A stretch of 64,000 nt of DNA from Anaeromyxobacteraceae bacterium (GCA_032654565.1 JAULAX010000018.1:96001-160000); one strand, 5' to 3'; shown: positions 19,698 through 29,570, counted from the first letter of the stretch. Notes: generated from the letters alone by a model not told the origin. Numbers and translations are program-made.

Positions 19698-20480
19698 GTG
19701 GAGCTCGTCCCGCGCACCACGGCTCCGGCCCACGCCACGGGCGTCGTCGAGTTCGTCCCGCTGGCCCTGCTCTCCGCCGACCCCACCTTCCGGCTCCGGC
19801 CGGAGGGCGAGGTGGCGGCGCTGGCCGGCTCGATCGCCCGGCTCGGCCAGCTCAGCCCCATCGAGCTCCGTCCGCTCCCCGCCGCCGCCGGTGGCGGGGA
19901 CCTGGGCGTCCCCGGTGCCGCGCGCTACCAGGTGGTGGCCGGCTTCCGCCGCCTGGCGGCGGTGCGGCTGCTGGCCCGGGGGCGCGTCCTGGCCCGGGTC
20001 CACGCCGCCCTCGACGACGAGGACGCCTGGGCCATGGCGCTGGCCGACGCCCTGCTGGGCGAGCCGCTGGCCGCCGCCGAGCTGGAGTCGCTGCGCCTGC
20101 GCCTGGCCGGGCTGGGGGCCGCCCCCTGGGCCGCCGAGCTGGTGGACGAGGCGCTGGTGCGGTCCCCGGTGGCGCCCGAGCTGCGGGAGCGGTTCCTCGC
20201 CTTCCTGCAGGGGCAGGGGCCGGGACCGGCGCCGGTCGACCCGCCCGACGCCGCCGCCCAGGACGCCGCCAGCGCCGCCGCCGCCACCGACGGCCCCGAG
20301 GAGGTCACCCCGGCCGAGCTGGCCGAGGCGGTGGCCAGCGGCCTCTGGACCGTGGGCCAGGACCTCGACCTGGCGGTGGACGCCTGGGCCGACCTGCCCG
20401 AACATGGCCGCCGACAGATCACCGAGCAGCTCCGCTACCTGGCCGAGCTGCACGCCTACCTCTCCGGAGCCCGACCATGA
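19698..20480 (+). CDS. ParB-like N-terminal domain protein (PadC-like)
   Basis: GQLSPI and VVAGFRRLAA ParB box; directly follows the bactofilins. Confidence 0.75.
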   Translation: MELVPRTTAPAHATGVVEFVPLALLSADPTFRLRPEGEVAALAGSIARLGQLSPIELRPLPAAAGGGDLGVPGAARYQVVAGFRRLAAVRLLARGRVLARVHAALDDEDAWAMALADALLGEPLAAAELESLRLRLAGLGAAPWAAELVDEALVRSPVAPELRERFLAFLQGQGPGPAPVDPPDAAAQDAASAAAATDGPEEVTPAELAEAVASGLWTVGQDLDLAVDAWADLPEHGRRQITEQLRYLAELHAYLSGARP

Positions 20481-21037
20481 GCCTCGAGACCGACCGAGCC
20501 CGCCTCCTCGAGCTGCTGCGCCAGCTCTCCTTCGAGCGGCGCACCGTGACCCTGGCCTCCGGGAAGGAGAGCGACTTCTACATCGACTGCAAGCGGACGG
20601 CGCTCACCGCCGAGGGGCACGTGCTGGTGGGGCGCTGCCTGCTGGCCGAGGTGCTGGCGGTGCAGCCGCTGGTGCGGGCGGTGGGCGGCCTGACGCTGGG
20701 CGCCGACCCCATCGCCAGCGCCATCGCCCTCACCAGCTCGCTCCAGGGCCACCCGGTGGACGCCTTCATCGTCCGCAAGGAGCCGAAGGGGCACGGCACC
20801 GGCCAGTGGATCGAGGGGCGAAGGACCATCCCCGACGGCAGCCGGGTCATCGTGCTCGAGGACGTGGTGACCACCGGCGGGTCGGCGCTCAAGGCCATCG
20901 AGCGCTGCCGCGCCGAGAAGCTGGAGGTGGTGGCCTGCCTGGCGCTGGTCGACCGGCTGGAGGGCGGGCGCCAGGCCATCGAGGCCTCGGGCGTGCCGCT
21001 CCGCTCCCTCTTCACCCGCACGGACTTCCTGCCATGA
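20477..21037 (+). CDS. pyrE: Orotate phosphoribosyltransferase
   Basis: TLASGKESDFYID, RKEPKGHG, VLEDVVTTGGS motifs. Confidence 0.95.
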   Translation: MSLETDRARLLELLRQLSFERRTVTLASGKESDFYIDCKRTALTAEGHVLVGRCLLAEVLAVQPLVRAVGGLTLGADPIASAIALTSSLQGHPVDAFIVRKEPKGHGTGQWIEGRRTIPDGSRVIVLEDVVTTGGSALKAIERCRAEKLEVVACLALVDRLEGGRQAIEASGVPLRSLFTRTDFLP

Positions 21038-21666
21038 CCCGGGCCGGCGCGATGGTGGTGGTGGTGGCGGTGCTGGCGGCCGGCTGCGGCCTGAACACCC
21101 AGCTGCGCCGGGCCCCCGCCCAGGGACCCGAGGCGGGCGACTGGAGCCGGCTGCGCGACGCCGCCTCCCGGCGGGCCACCCTCTACGACGGGCTGGTCCA
21201 CCGGGCCAACGCCTCGGCCACCTGGTTCTCGCCGCCGGTCCGCGAGTCGAGCCTGCGGCTGCTGGCCGAGTGGCAGGCCAAGGGCGAGGCCGAGACCGAG
21301 CAGGCGGTGGCCTTGGGCCGGGCCGAGGACGCCCGGGGCGAGGAGTTCGTGGTGGCGCTCTACACCGCCGACCGGCGCGTCAACGACCTCGACTCCAAGA
21401 AGAGCGTCTGGCACGTCGAGCTCGACGACGGCCAGGTCCGGGTGCCGGCGTCGGAGATCACCGCGATCGGCAGCGACGCCAACCTCCGCCAGCTGCTCCC
21501 CTACCTGGATCCCTTCGACCTGGTCTACCGGGTGCGCGTCGCCTGGACCGGGGCGCCGCTCCAGGGGCGCCCCTTCAAGCTCCGCATCTCCGGCGGGGTC
21601 GGCGCGCTGGTGCTCGACTTCGGCCCCGACGGGAGCCAGCCGTTCCCGTCCCGCATGGCCCCCTGA
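21034..21666 (+). CDS. Hypothetical lipoprotein
   Basis: Lipobox LAAGC; ATGA overlap with pyrE. Confidence 0.7.
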   Translation: MTRAGAMVVVVAVLAAGCGLNTQLRRAPAQGPEAGDWSRLRDAASRRATLYDGLVHRANASATWFSPPVRESSLRLLAEWQAKGEAETEQAVALGRAEDARGEEFVVALYTADRRVNDLDSKKSVWHVELDDGQVRVPASEITAIGSDANLRQLLPYLDPFDLVYRVRVAWTGAPLQGRPFKLRISGGVGALVLDFGPDGSQPFPSRMAP

Positions 21667-21675
21667 GGGCGCGGC

Positions 21676-23289
21676 TCAGCGCGCCTGCTCGGCGTCGCCC
21701 AGCGTCATCACCGTGTCGCGCCGCTGCTTCTCGTCGGCGGCCGGGAAGTCGAGCACGTAGTGGAGGCCGCGCGACTCCTTGCGGCGGCGGGCGCACTCGA
21801 CGATGAGCATGGCCACGTCGGCGAGGTTGCGCAGCTCCACCAGGTCGGGCGTCACCTGGTACTGCCAGTAGTAGTCGCGGATCTCGGCGCGCAGGTTGGC
21901 GATGCGGCTGCGGGCCCGCTCCAGCCGCTTCTGGGTGCGGACGATGCCCACGTAGTTCCACATGGTGCGGCGCACCTCGTCCCAGTTGTGCGCCACCACC
22001 ACCCCCTCGTCGGGGGCCAGGGCGTCGCCGGGGTTCCAGTCGGGGATGGCCGGGGCCGGGCCGGTGGCGTCGGAGAGGGCGTCGACGGCGCGGAGCGCGG
22101 CCCGGCGGCCGAAGACCAGCCCCTCCAGCAGCGAGTTGGAGGCCAGCCGGTTGGCGCCGTGCAGGCCGGTGCAGGCCACCTCGCCCACCGCGAAGAGCCC
22201 GGGGAGCGAGGTGCGCCCCATCAGGTCGGTGACCACCCCGCCGCACATGTAGTGGGCGGCCGGGACCACCGGGATGGGCTGGACGGTCATGTCCACGCCG
22301 AACTCCTTGATGGTGGCGTGGATGTAGGGGAAGTGCTCGAGCAGGAACGCCTTGGGCAGGTGCGTCATGTCGAGGAAGGCGCAGTCGTCGCCGCGCCGCT
22401 TGATCTCGGCGTCGATGGAGCGGGCCACGATGTCGCGCGGGGCCAGCTCCTTGCGCGGGTCGTAGCGGGCCATGAAGGCCTCGCCGGCGGCGTTGCGCAG
22501 GACGCCGCCCTCGCCGCGCAGCGCCTCGGAGATGAGGAAGCTCTTGGCCTGGGGGTGGAAGAGCGCGGTGGGGTGGAACTGGAAGAACTCCATGTTGGCG
22601 ACGGCCGCGCCGGCCCGCCAGGCCATGGCCACCCCGTCGCCGGTGCCGACGTCGGGGCTGGTGGTGTAGAGGTAGACCTTGCCGGCGCCGCCGGTGGCCA
22701 GCACCGTGACCCCGGCGGAGATGGTGGAGATGGCGCCGCCGTCGCGGGAGAGGACGTAGGCCCCCACGGCGCGGTTGGGGCCGCCCAGCCCCAGCTTGCC
22801 GCTGGTGATCAGGTCGACCGCCACGGCGTCCTCGACGATGCGGACGCCGCGGGCGTCGCAGGCGGCCAGCAGGGCCCGCTCCACCTCGCGGCCGGTGGCG
22901 TCCTTGGCGTGGGCGATGCGGCGGCGGGAGTGGCCGCCCTCGCGGGTGAGGTGGAGGTCGGCCCCCTCGCGGTCGAACTCGACGCCCAGGGAGAGGAGCC
23001 AGCGGATCCGCTCCGGCCCCTCGCGCACCGTCACCTCGACCGCCTCGCGGTTGCAGAGGCCGGCGCCGGCCACCAGGGTGTCCTCGACGTGCAGCTCGAA
23101 CTGGTCGTCCCGGGCCAGCACGCTGGCGATGCCGCCCTGCGCGTACTGCGTGGAGCCCTCCCACCGCTGGCGCTTGGTCAGGACCAGCACCGAGCCGTGG
23201 CCGGCCACCTCGAGCGCGAAGGAGAGGCCGGCGATGCCGCCGCCCAGGACCAGGAAGTCGACATGTTCGCGGGGGGGGAGCGCGCTCAT
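21676..23289 (-). CDS. nadB: L-aspartate oxidase
   Basis: AQGGIA, EFFQFHPT, SEALRGEG, HGANRLASNSLLE motifs. Confidence 0.95.
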   Translation of the reverse strand: MSALPPREHVDFLVLGGGIAGLSFALEVAGHGSVLVLTKRQRWEGSTQYAQGGIASVLARDDQFELHVEDTLVAGAGLCNREAVEVTVREGPERIRWLLSLGVEFDREGADLHLTREGGHSRRRIAHAKDATGREVERALLAACDARGVRIVEDAVAVDLITSGKLGLGGPNRAVGAYVLSRDGGAISTISAGVTVLATGGAGKVYLYTTSPDVGTGDGVAMAWRAGAAVANMEFFQFHPTALFHPQAKSFLISEALRGEGGVLRNAAGEAFMARYDPRKELAPRDIVARSIDAEIKRRGDDCAFLDMTHLPKAFLLEHFPYIHATIKEFGVDMTVQPIPVVPAAHYMCGGVVTDLMGRTSLPGLFAVGEVACTGLHGANRLASNSLLEGLVFGRRAALRAVDALSDATGPAPAIPDWNPGDALAPDEGVVVAHNWDEVRRTMWNYVGIVRTQKRLERARSRIANLRAEIRDYYWQYQVTPDLVELRNLADVAMLIVECARRRKESRGLHYVLDFPAADEKQRRDTVMTLGDAEQAR

Positions 23290-23360
23290 CCCGGAGATCT
23301 AGCACGGGCGGGGGAGGGAAAGTTGTCCGGGCCGGTGCCGCCCTGCTACGTTCGAGGACC

Positions 23361-24002
23361 ATGGGGTGGCCCACACCACACGCCGGCTGGATGGCGCTCT
23401 GCCTGCTCGCCGCGCCGCTCGCGGCCGGTGCGGCCGAGGCCATGTGCACCTACACCGACGCCGACGGCATCCTGGTGGTCAGCAACGTCTCCACCCACCC
23501 GGCCTGCCGCCAGGTCCGGCGCACCAACAACGTGGCCGGGCTCTACCGCCCCGCCGGGCCGAGCCGGGGACCGCCGGAGAGCCGCGCCCTGCCGGCGGCG
23601 GGTCGCCCCGGGCCGTACCTCGAGCACATCCGCAGCTCGGCCGAGAAGTACAAGCTGCCCCAGGCGCTGATCCTGGCGGTGATGGCGGTGGAGTCCAACT
23701 TCGATCCGCGGGCCCTCTCCGACAAGGGGGCCATGGGGCTGATGCAGCTGATGCCGGCCACCGCCCGCGAGCTCTACGTCACCGACGCCTGGGACCCCTC
23801 GCAGAACATCGACGGCGGCACCCGCTACCTGCGCCTGCTGGCCAACCAGTACGCCGGCGACGTGATCCGGATGCTGGCCGCCTACAACGCCGGGCCGGAC
23901 GCGGTGCGGCGGGCCGGCGACACCGTGCCGGACATCCCCGAGACCAAGGAGTACGTCCGCAAGGTGGTGGCGCTGTACCAGGCCTACAAGGCAGGGCGGT
24001 GA
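23361..24002 (+). CDS. Lytic transglycosylase (SLT domain); start uncertain
   Basis: VESNF, GAMGLMQLMP, AAYNAG, ETKEYV motifs. Confidence 0.9.
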   Translation: MGWPTPHAGWMALCLLAAPLAAGAAEAMCTYTDADGILVVSNVSTHPACRQVRRTNNVAGLYRPAGPSRGPPESRALPAAGRPGPYLEHIRSSAEKYKLPQALILAVMAVESNFDPRALSDKGAMGLMQLMPATARELYVTDAWDPSQNIDGGTRYLRLLANQYAGDVIRMLAAYNAGPDAVRRAGDTVPDIPETKEYVRKVVALYQAYKAGR

Positions 24003-24003
24003 G

Positions 24004-25518
24004 ATGGCCTTCGACGACGCCGTCACGGCCTTGGAGATCGAGTTCCAGCGACTGCTGGCCCGGGGCGGCGAGGCCACCGCCCGCGGCGAGCTGGAGCCGG
24101 CCCGCGAGGCCCTCGAGGAGGCGCTGGCCATCCGCTCGCGCGACCCGCAGGTGCTGGGGCTGCTCGGGCAGGTCTTCTACCGGCTGACCCGCTACGAGGA
24201 CGCCGCCGTGGCCTGGCAGCGGCTGGTGGACGACAACCCGGTGGAGCCGGGGGCGCGCGTCAACCTCGGGCTGGCCTGGCTGAAGGCGCGCCAGTACGAC
24301 GAGGCGGTCAAGCAGCTGCGCATCGCCCTCGACCTCAACCCCGAGCACCGCAAGGCGGCCGGCTACCTCGGCCTGGCCTGGCTGGAGCTGGGGCAGCCTC
24401 ACCGGGCCCGCGAGTGGTTCGTGAAGGCGGGCAGCGAGCAGATGGTGGCCCGCTGCGACGACCTGCTGGCCGCGCCCGCCGAGGTGGCGGCGCTGGAGCC
24501 GACGCCGGAGCAGCCGGAGGAGGAGGCGGAGGCGCGGGCCTGGACGCCGCCCACCTGGGGGACGCCGGCGGAGGTCGCCCCGGCGCCGACCGGTGCGCCG
24601 TCCGAGGCGCCGGAGGTCGGACCGTCCGCCGCGCCGCAGGTGGCGCCGGAGCCGCGCCTGGACCTGGGGCTCGGCCTCGGGCTGGGGCTGGAGCTGGAGA
24701 CGGGGCCCGGTCCGGCGGCGGCGACCGCGCCGGCGGTGGAGGACCTGTCGGCGCCCGCGCCCGAGCCGGACGTCGGTGCGGACGTCGAGTCCGCGGCCCG
24801 CGAACCCGCGGCCGGCGAACCGATCGTGCCCCTGGAGGCGCCGGCCGAGCCGTCGTTCGACGCCGTCGCGGGCGCGATGCCCACCCTGTCGGGCTTCGCG
24901 GCGGCGCGCCAGGTCCAGGGACCGGCCGGCCAGGTCTTCGTGGCCGAGGGGGCGACGCTCACCGTCAACGTCCACGGCGAGCTGCTCTGCCGCCTGGCCG
25001 GGCTGGCGGCCTGGCGCGGCGAGCTGGCCTTCGCCGGCGAGGTGAAGCGGTTCCGCGGCCTGGCCACCGACAAGCCGTTCGGCGAGCCGCCCGAGCAGAT
25101 GCACCGGGTGGTCGGGGAGGGGCTGGTGGTGCTGCGGGCCGCCGGCCGGCGCTTCACGGTGCTGGAGCTGGGCGGCGAGACCGGCTACTTCCGCGAGGCG
25201 GTGGTCTTCGGCTTCCAGGAGCAGGTGGCCTTCGAGAACGGGCGGCTGCCCTCGGCGTCGGGCGGGCTGGATCTGGTCCACCTGCGCGGCCGCGGCCGGC
25301 TGGTGCTGGTGACGCGCGGCGAGCCGGTGGCGGTGGCGGTGACCCCGGCCTCGCCGGTCCACGTGCCGCTGGCGTCGCTGGTGGGCTGGACCGGGGCGCT
25401 CACCCCGCGCATCGAGCCGCTCTTCGCCGGCGGCGCCGACGAGGCCGTCGAGATCAGCGGCGAGGGGCGGGTGCTGGTCGATCCCGGCCCCACCGACCGG
25501 CGCGGAGACCGGGCGTGA
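24004..25518 (+). CDS. TPR-repeat protein with a C-terminal AIM24-like domain
   Basis: N-terminal TPRs, Pro/Glu/Ala linker, beta-rich C-domain (FENGRLP, GEGRVLV). Confidence 0.7.
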   Translation: MAFDDAVTALEIEFQRLLARGGEATARGELEPAREALEEALAIRSRDPQVLGLLGQVFYRLTRYEDAAVAWQRLVDDNPVEPGARVNLGLAWLKARQYDEAVKQLRIALDLNPEHRKAAGYLGLAWLELGQPHRAREWFVKAGSEQMVARCDDLLAAPAEVAALEPTPEQPEEEAEARAWTPPTWGTPAEVAPAPTGAPSEAPEVGPSAAPQVAPEPRLDLGLGLGLGLELETGPGPAAATAPAVEDLSAPAPEPDVGADVESAAREPAAGEPIVPLEAPAEPSFDAVAGAMPTLSGFAAARQVQGPAGQVFVAEGATLTVNVHGELLCRLAGLAAWRGELAFAGEVKRFRGLATDKPFGEPPEQMHRVVGEGLVVLRAAGRRFTVLELGGETGYFREAVVFGFQEQVAFENGRLPSASGGLDLVHLRGRGRLVLVTRGEPVAVAVTPASPVHVPLASLVGWTGALTPRIEPLFAGGADEAVEISGEGRVLVDPGPTDRRGDRA

Positions 25519-26120
25519 GCGCCCGCTCGCTGCGGGCCGAGGCCTTCAACCTCCCCAACGCCATCACCATGGCCCGCATGGCCATGATCCCGGTGATCCT
25601 CTGGTTCACCTACTACGAGTCGCGCCGGGCCAGCTTCATCGCCGCCATGCTCTTCGCCTTCACCGGGGCCACCGACTTCCTCGACGGCTGGGTGGCGCGG
25701 CGGCGCGGGCTGGTGACGGTGATCGGCAAGTTCCTCGACCCGCTGGCCGACAAGCTGGTGGTGATGGCGGCGCTGGTGATGCTGGTCCACCTGGGGCGGG
25801 TGGCCGCCTGGGTGGTGATCGTGGTGATGGGGCGGGAGTTCATCGTCAGCGGCCTGCGGACCATCGCCATGAGCGAGGGGATCGTCATCGCCGCCGGGCA
25901 GGAGGGGAAGACCAAGACCATCCTGCAGATCGTCAGCATCACCTTCCTGCTGCTCCACTACGCCTACCCCATCGACTTCGGCTTCGCGCAGGTGGCGTAC
26001 GACGCCAACAAGGTGGGCACGGTGCTCATCTACCTCTCCATGGTCTTCTCGGTCTGGTCGGCCTGGGCCTACTTCTCCGACTTCCTCAAGGCGGTCTACC
26101 GGCCGGCCCAAGGGCCTTGA
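25515..26120 (+). CDS. pgsA: CDP-diacylglycerol--glycerol-3-phosphate phosphatidyltransferase
   Basis: NLPNAIT and DFLDGWVAR...GKFLDPLADK; the classic pgsA-tRNA-Gly linkage. Confidence 0.95.
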   Translation: MSARSLRAEAFNLPNAITMARMAMIPVILWFTYYESRRASFIAAMLFAFTGATDFLDGWVARRRGLVTVIGKFLDPLADKLVVMAALVMLVHLGRVAAWVVIVVMGREFIVSGLRTIAMSEGIVIAAGQEGKTKTILQIVSITFLLLHYAYPIDFGFAQVAYDANKVGTVLIYLSMVFSVWSAWAYFSDFLKAVYRPAQGP

Positions 26121-27592
26121 CACCCCTGACGCCCCCCCTCTATAAACCCCCTCCTCGCGACCTCGTACTCGCGACCTTCTTTGCGGGAATAGCTCAGCGG
26201 TAGAGCATCGCCTTGCCAAGGCGAGGGTCGACGGTTCAAATCCGTTTTCCCGCTCCAGTTCGAACCCCCGGTAACCACATGGTTGCCGGGGGCCTTTCTT
26301 TGCCCTGTCGCGGCGGTGGCCGAGGACGGCGTCGCGTGGCTGGCGGCGGGTAGCAACCGGGTAACAAGGGGCCCCGTTTCCAGGGTCCCGGCCGCGCGAC
26401 CCAGGGGGGCCGACGCAACGTCCATGGCGCCGCCCGGGAGCGTCGCCATGGCTGCGCGCAGGTCCTCGACATCAAGGTGGCCGTAGGTGTCCAGCGTCGT
26501 CCTCACGTTCTTGTGGCGCAGGATGCGCTGGACGCGGTGGGCATCGATGCCGTTGCGCAGGAGCAGGGTCGCGGTGGTGTGGCGCAAGTCGTGGAAGCGG
26601 AGCTTGCGCGGGAGCGGGCGGGGCCAGAGGGCCATGCCGCAGGCGGGGCAGCGGCGCCGCTCGGCGTCGGCGTGGCGCTCGACGTTGGGCGTGCCGCGGG
26701 AAGAGCAGCGGCGACAGGTGTGGTCGTACCCGATGACCAGCCCGGCCCGCGCCAGGGCGGTGCGCAGGATCTTCTGCGGGTCGGTCCCCGGAGAGCGCAT
26801 CCGGCCATCCGGCCAGGGGAAGACCAGCTCCTCGCGCGACTCCATGGCCCCTTCGAGCCAGGGCACCAGGCCGGGCGCGACCGGGATGGCGTCGGTGTGG
26901 CCTCCCTTGGTCGTGTCCCGCTCGTAGGAGCGGCCCACCACGATGAACCCCCGGGCCAGGTCCACGTCGCGCTTCTGGAGGCCGCAGAGCTCCCCCTTGC
27001 GCATCCCGGTGTAGACGGCGGCGGCGAAGAAGGCCCGCCAGTCGTCGGGCACGTGAGGGAGCAGCTGGGCCACCTCCTCGGCCCGCAGCGTGTCGTAGGC
27101 GCGGCGGGGGACGCGGCGAGGCTCCACCCCCTCCAGCGGGTTCGCCCCGGTCCAGAGCCGGGCCTTCACTGCCCTGGAGAAGACCGTGTGGAGCACGGCG
27201 CGGAGCTTGTTCACCGAGGCCGGGGCGGCATCGTCTCGCTCCATCTCGCGGAGCCGCGCGTCGACCGCGGCGGCCGTGACCTGGGGGAGCGGAAGCGAGG
27301 CCAAGGGGGTCTTGAGAACGTGGAGGGTCAGGCGGCTTCGCTCGCCCTCCCGGCTCGGGGCCGGGCAGCGTTCGTCGAGCCACCACTCGCAGAGCTGGCC
27401 AAGGGTCCGCGTCGACTCCGAAGGGAGCGGGTCCAGGCCGAAGCGCTGGCGCTCGGCGCGGCGCTCCATGTCCTGCGCGAGCCGCTTCGCCTCGGTCTTG
27501 GTGGTCGCGGTCGTGGCGTGGGAGCGCCAAGCCCCCGTGCCCTCCTTGACCCGCGCGTACCACGTGCCGCGCTTCTGGTAGACGCTGGACAT
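26096..27592 (-). CDS. Tyrosine recombinase/integrase whose ORF reads through attL into the antisense tRNA
   Basis: TGMRKGE (R), TKGG (K), FHDLRH (HxxR), ILRH (H), TYGH (Y); CxxC..CxxC insertion. Confidence 0.93.
   Translation of the reverse strand: MSSVYQKRGTWYARVKEGTGAWRSHATTATTKTEAKRLAQDMERRAERQRFGLDPLPSESTRTLGQLCEWWLDERCPAPSREGERSRLTLHVLKTPLASLPLPQVTAAAVDARLREMERDDAAPASVNKLRAVLHTVFSRAVKARLWTGANPLEGVEPRRVPRRAYDTLRAEEVAQLLPHVPDDWRAFFAAAVYTGMRKGELCGLQKRDVDLARGFIVVGRSYERDTTKGGHTDAIPVAPGLVPWLEGAMESREELVFPWPDGRMRSPGTDPQKILRTALARAGLVIGYDHTCRRCSSRGTPNVERHADAERRRCPACGMALWPRPLPRKLRFHDLRHTTATLLLRNGIDAHRVQRILRHKNVRTTLDTYGHLDVEDLRAAMATLPGGAMDVASAPLGRAAGTLETGPLVTRLLPAASHATPSSATAATGQRKAPGNHVVTGGSNWSGKTDLNRRPSPWQGDALPLSYSRKEGREYEVARRGFIEGGRQGCQGPWAGR
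26117..26146 (+). promoter_or_regulatory. sigma70-type promoter of tRNA-Gly
   Basis: TTGACA-18-TATAAA. Confidence 0.7.
26183..26257 (+). tRNA. tRNA-Gly (GCC)
   Basis: GCGGGAA/TTCCCGC acceptor stem, anticodon loop TTGCCAA, GGTTCAAATCC T-arm, encoded CCA. Confidence 0.97.
26213..26272 (+). repeat. attL core (60 bp)
   Basis: TTGCCAAGG...CGCTCCAGTTCGAACCCCCGGT, identical to 41352-41411. Confidence 0.95.
26265..26301 (+). terminator. Intrinsic terminator after tRNA-Gly (3' arm supplied by the element)
   Basis: CCCCCGGTAACCA-CA-TGGTTGCCGGGGG hairpin followed by CCTTTCTTT. Confidence 0.75.
26347..26368 (+). repeat. Candidate integrase arm-type site (22 bp; two tandem 11-mers)
   Basis: CGGGTAGCAAC-CGGGTAACAAG, identical to 39681-39702. 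Confidence 0.7.
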
Positions 27593-27637
27593 GGGACCTT
27601 TCAGGTGTTGAAGCGAACGGAGGGTACTGAGGAGCCG

Positions 27638-27829
27638 TCAATCGCGCGGCTTGATTTCCTCGTCATCGTCGCGTTTCGCTCCGATGTCGATCGCCTGTGA
27701 AACCGTCTCGAAGACAAAGGCAAGCGCGCCGAAGCCCACTCCCGCACCTTTCAAGTCGAGCAGGTAGAGGACGATGGCCAGCAGGAACAGCCCTATCGAG
27801 AACCAGTGACTGCGCTTGGATGTGGCCAC
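27638..27829 (-). CDS. Small putative two-TM membrane protein
   Basis: 63-aa ORF with two hydrophobic segments and an acidic tail, between xis and int. Confidence 0.45.
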   Translation of the reverse strand: MATSKRSHWFSIGLFLLAIVLYLLDLKGAGVGFGALAFVFETVSQAIDIGAKRDDDEEIKPRD

Positions 27830-27887
27830 TCGGGAGAATCCTCCGGAGTCAAGTAGATCACCAACCCCGGGTGGGAGGCAACGCGCC

Positions 27888-28169
27888 TCATCGACATCTC
27901 GGCAACTGAACGACTTTCCCGCCGGGCTCGCCCTGGACGAGGGCACGAACCAGCGCCGGCCGGAAGCGCACGCTGCGCCCGACGCGTACGGGTGCCAGCA
28001 CGCCTGAGCGTGCCGCCATGTAGACCCAGCTGGCCGACACGGCGAGGAAACGTGCCACGTCCTGCACGCGCCAGAGTGCCTCCTCGTGACCGGCACGCGT
28101 GCCCTCCACGTGCGCGGCACGCGTGAGGTCCATGGCGACCACCGTGCGGCCAAACTCCTGAGTGTTCAC
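27888..28169 (-). CDS. Excisionase-like helix-turn-helix protein
   Basis: WRVQDVARFLAVSASWVY..ARSGVL..VRVGRSVRF; GTGA overlap with rep. Confidence 0.8.
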   Translation of the reverse strand: MNTQEFGRTVVAMDLTRAAHVEGTRAGHEEALWRVQDVARFLAVSASWVYMAARSGVLAPVRVGRSVRFRPALVRALVQGEPGGKVVQLPRCR

Positions 28170-29362
28170 GCGTCGTTCTCCTCGTCCAGTGCCCGTGCCG
28201 TGTCGTTTGCGTGCCTGCGTGCCGCCATGGACGTGCGCTGCTGCTCCCACGCGGTCACGCGTGCCTCGGCGCGTGCCTCCAGGGTGGTCCCCTTTCGCGA
28301 CATGTTGTGCTGCGCCCGCGCGAGCATGACCGGCACGGCGGCGTCGAGAGTGAGCGGAAGCCGGCCGATGAAGTTGAGCTCGGCCAGACCGCGCGCCAGG
28401 TAGCCTGCCAGGGCCGCGTCGGTGAACTTGGCTCCGGCCTTCTGCTCGGCTCGGTAGAGGTCGGCGTCGGTCCCTTCCCAGAGCCCGGAGGCGAACCCGT
28501 CGTCCCGCAGGGTGGTCCAGGCTGGCGTGAGGATCTGCCGGGTCTCCCGCGTTCTCCGTTCGCGCACCGTGAGCCAGCGCCCCGCGAGGAACCGCCAGAG
28601 CCCTTGACCCAGGTCGAGCACGTCGAGCCAGTTCTCCAGCGGACGCCGACCCTGGATGATCTCGTCGCTCGACTTCAGCCGGAGCTTTCGGAGCGCCGGT
28701 CGCCTCATCTGGAATTCCAGCCTCCAGACCGGTTCACCGTCACGGAAGTTCTTCGACGTGCGCCACACGTCCAAGAACCACTCCTTGCGGCTCACCTTCA
28801 GCTCCCTGGTCTTGTCGTAGAGCCGCGCCACCACGTCACCCCGGCCGATGGAGAAGCCGGTGAAGTGGGGGCCGTCCAGATGGAGGTCCCTCCTGGCAGC
28901 CCGGGTGACGATCCTGGCGAGGTCGGCCACCTCGGGCACCCATCCCTGGAAGTCCACGGTGAGGTCGACGCGGGAGACCTGGAGTTCCTGCTGACCGGTC
29001 CTCCGCGTCAGCTCGTCAGCGACGTGCTGGGCCGCGGCCGCAGCGGCGTCCATGCCGCGTTGCCAGAGGTAGACCGCCCTGAGCTCCACCGTGACCGTGG
29101 GGAGGTTCTGCGGGGCGTTGGGGCTCACCAAGACCGCCATGTGGTCGGAGTCGAGACGGAGGGGGGCGGTGCGCGCCCCGCTTCGCTGGACGGTCAAGGT
29201 GTGGCCGGCAATGTCGATGGTGGGAAGCTGGGCGTTCCTGTCCAGCTGGCCGGCCTCGGCCTTCGCTTCGGTGAGCCGGTCGGCCCACACGGTGCGAACC
29301 AGCGCAGTCGAGAACAGGTGCAGCGTGTCGATACCGGAGACCAGCACCCGGAGGTCGCTCAC
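28166..29362 (-). CDS. Rep_trans-family rolling-circle replication initiator/relaxase
   Basis: SGIDTL, SRVDLTVD, FSIGRG..RLYDKT (catalytic Tyr), WRLEFQMR motifs. Confidence 0.8.
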   Translation of the reverse strand: MSDLRVLVSGIDTLHLFSTALVRTVWADRLTEAKAEAGQLDRNAQLPTIDIAGHTLTVQRSGARTAPLRLDSDHMAVLVSPNAPQNLPTVTVELRAVYLWQRGMDAAAAAAQHVADELTRRTGQQELQVSRVDLTVDFQGWVPEVADLARIVTRAARRDLHLDGPHFTGFSIGRGDVVARLYDKTRELKVSRKEWFLDVWRTSKNFRDGEPVWRLEFQMRRPALRKLRLKSSDEIIQGRRPLENWLDVLDLGQGLWRFLAGRWLTVRERRTRETRQILTPAWTTLRDDGFASGLWEGTDADLYRAEQKAGAKFTDAALAGYLARGLAELNFIGRLPLTLDAAVPVMLARAQHNMSRKGTTLEARAEARVTAWEQQRTSMAARRHANDTARALDEENDA

Positions 29363-29570
29363 GGCAGCCTCCGCACACTCCAGGGACGGCGTTGTACAAC
29401 GGGGAGCGCGCGGGGCCAACGCCGGCGTCGTTCTGGCAGGGGCTTGCTCATCGGAAACTCGGGCCTGCACGGAGGGATCTTGGGGAACCGGAGACGCCGC
29501 ACCGGTGGACCCGGCAGGAGGAGACCGTCGAACCCGTGGGGGAAGTCCCAGCGGACCCGTGACGCGAGAG

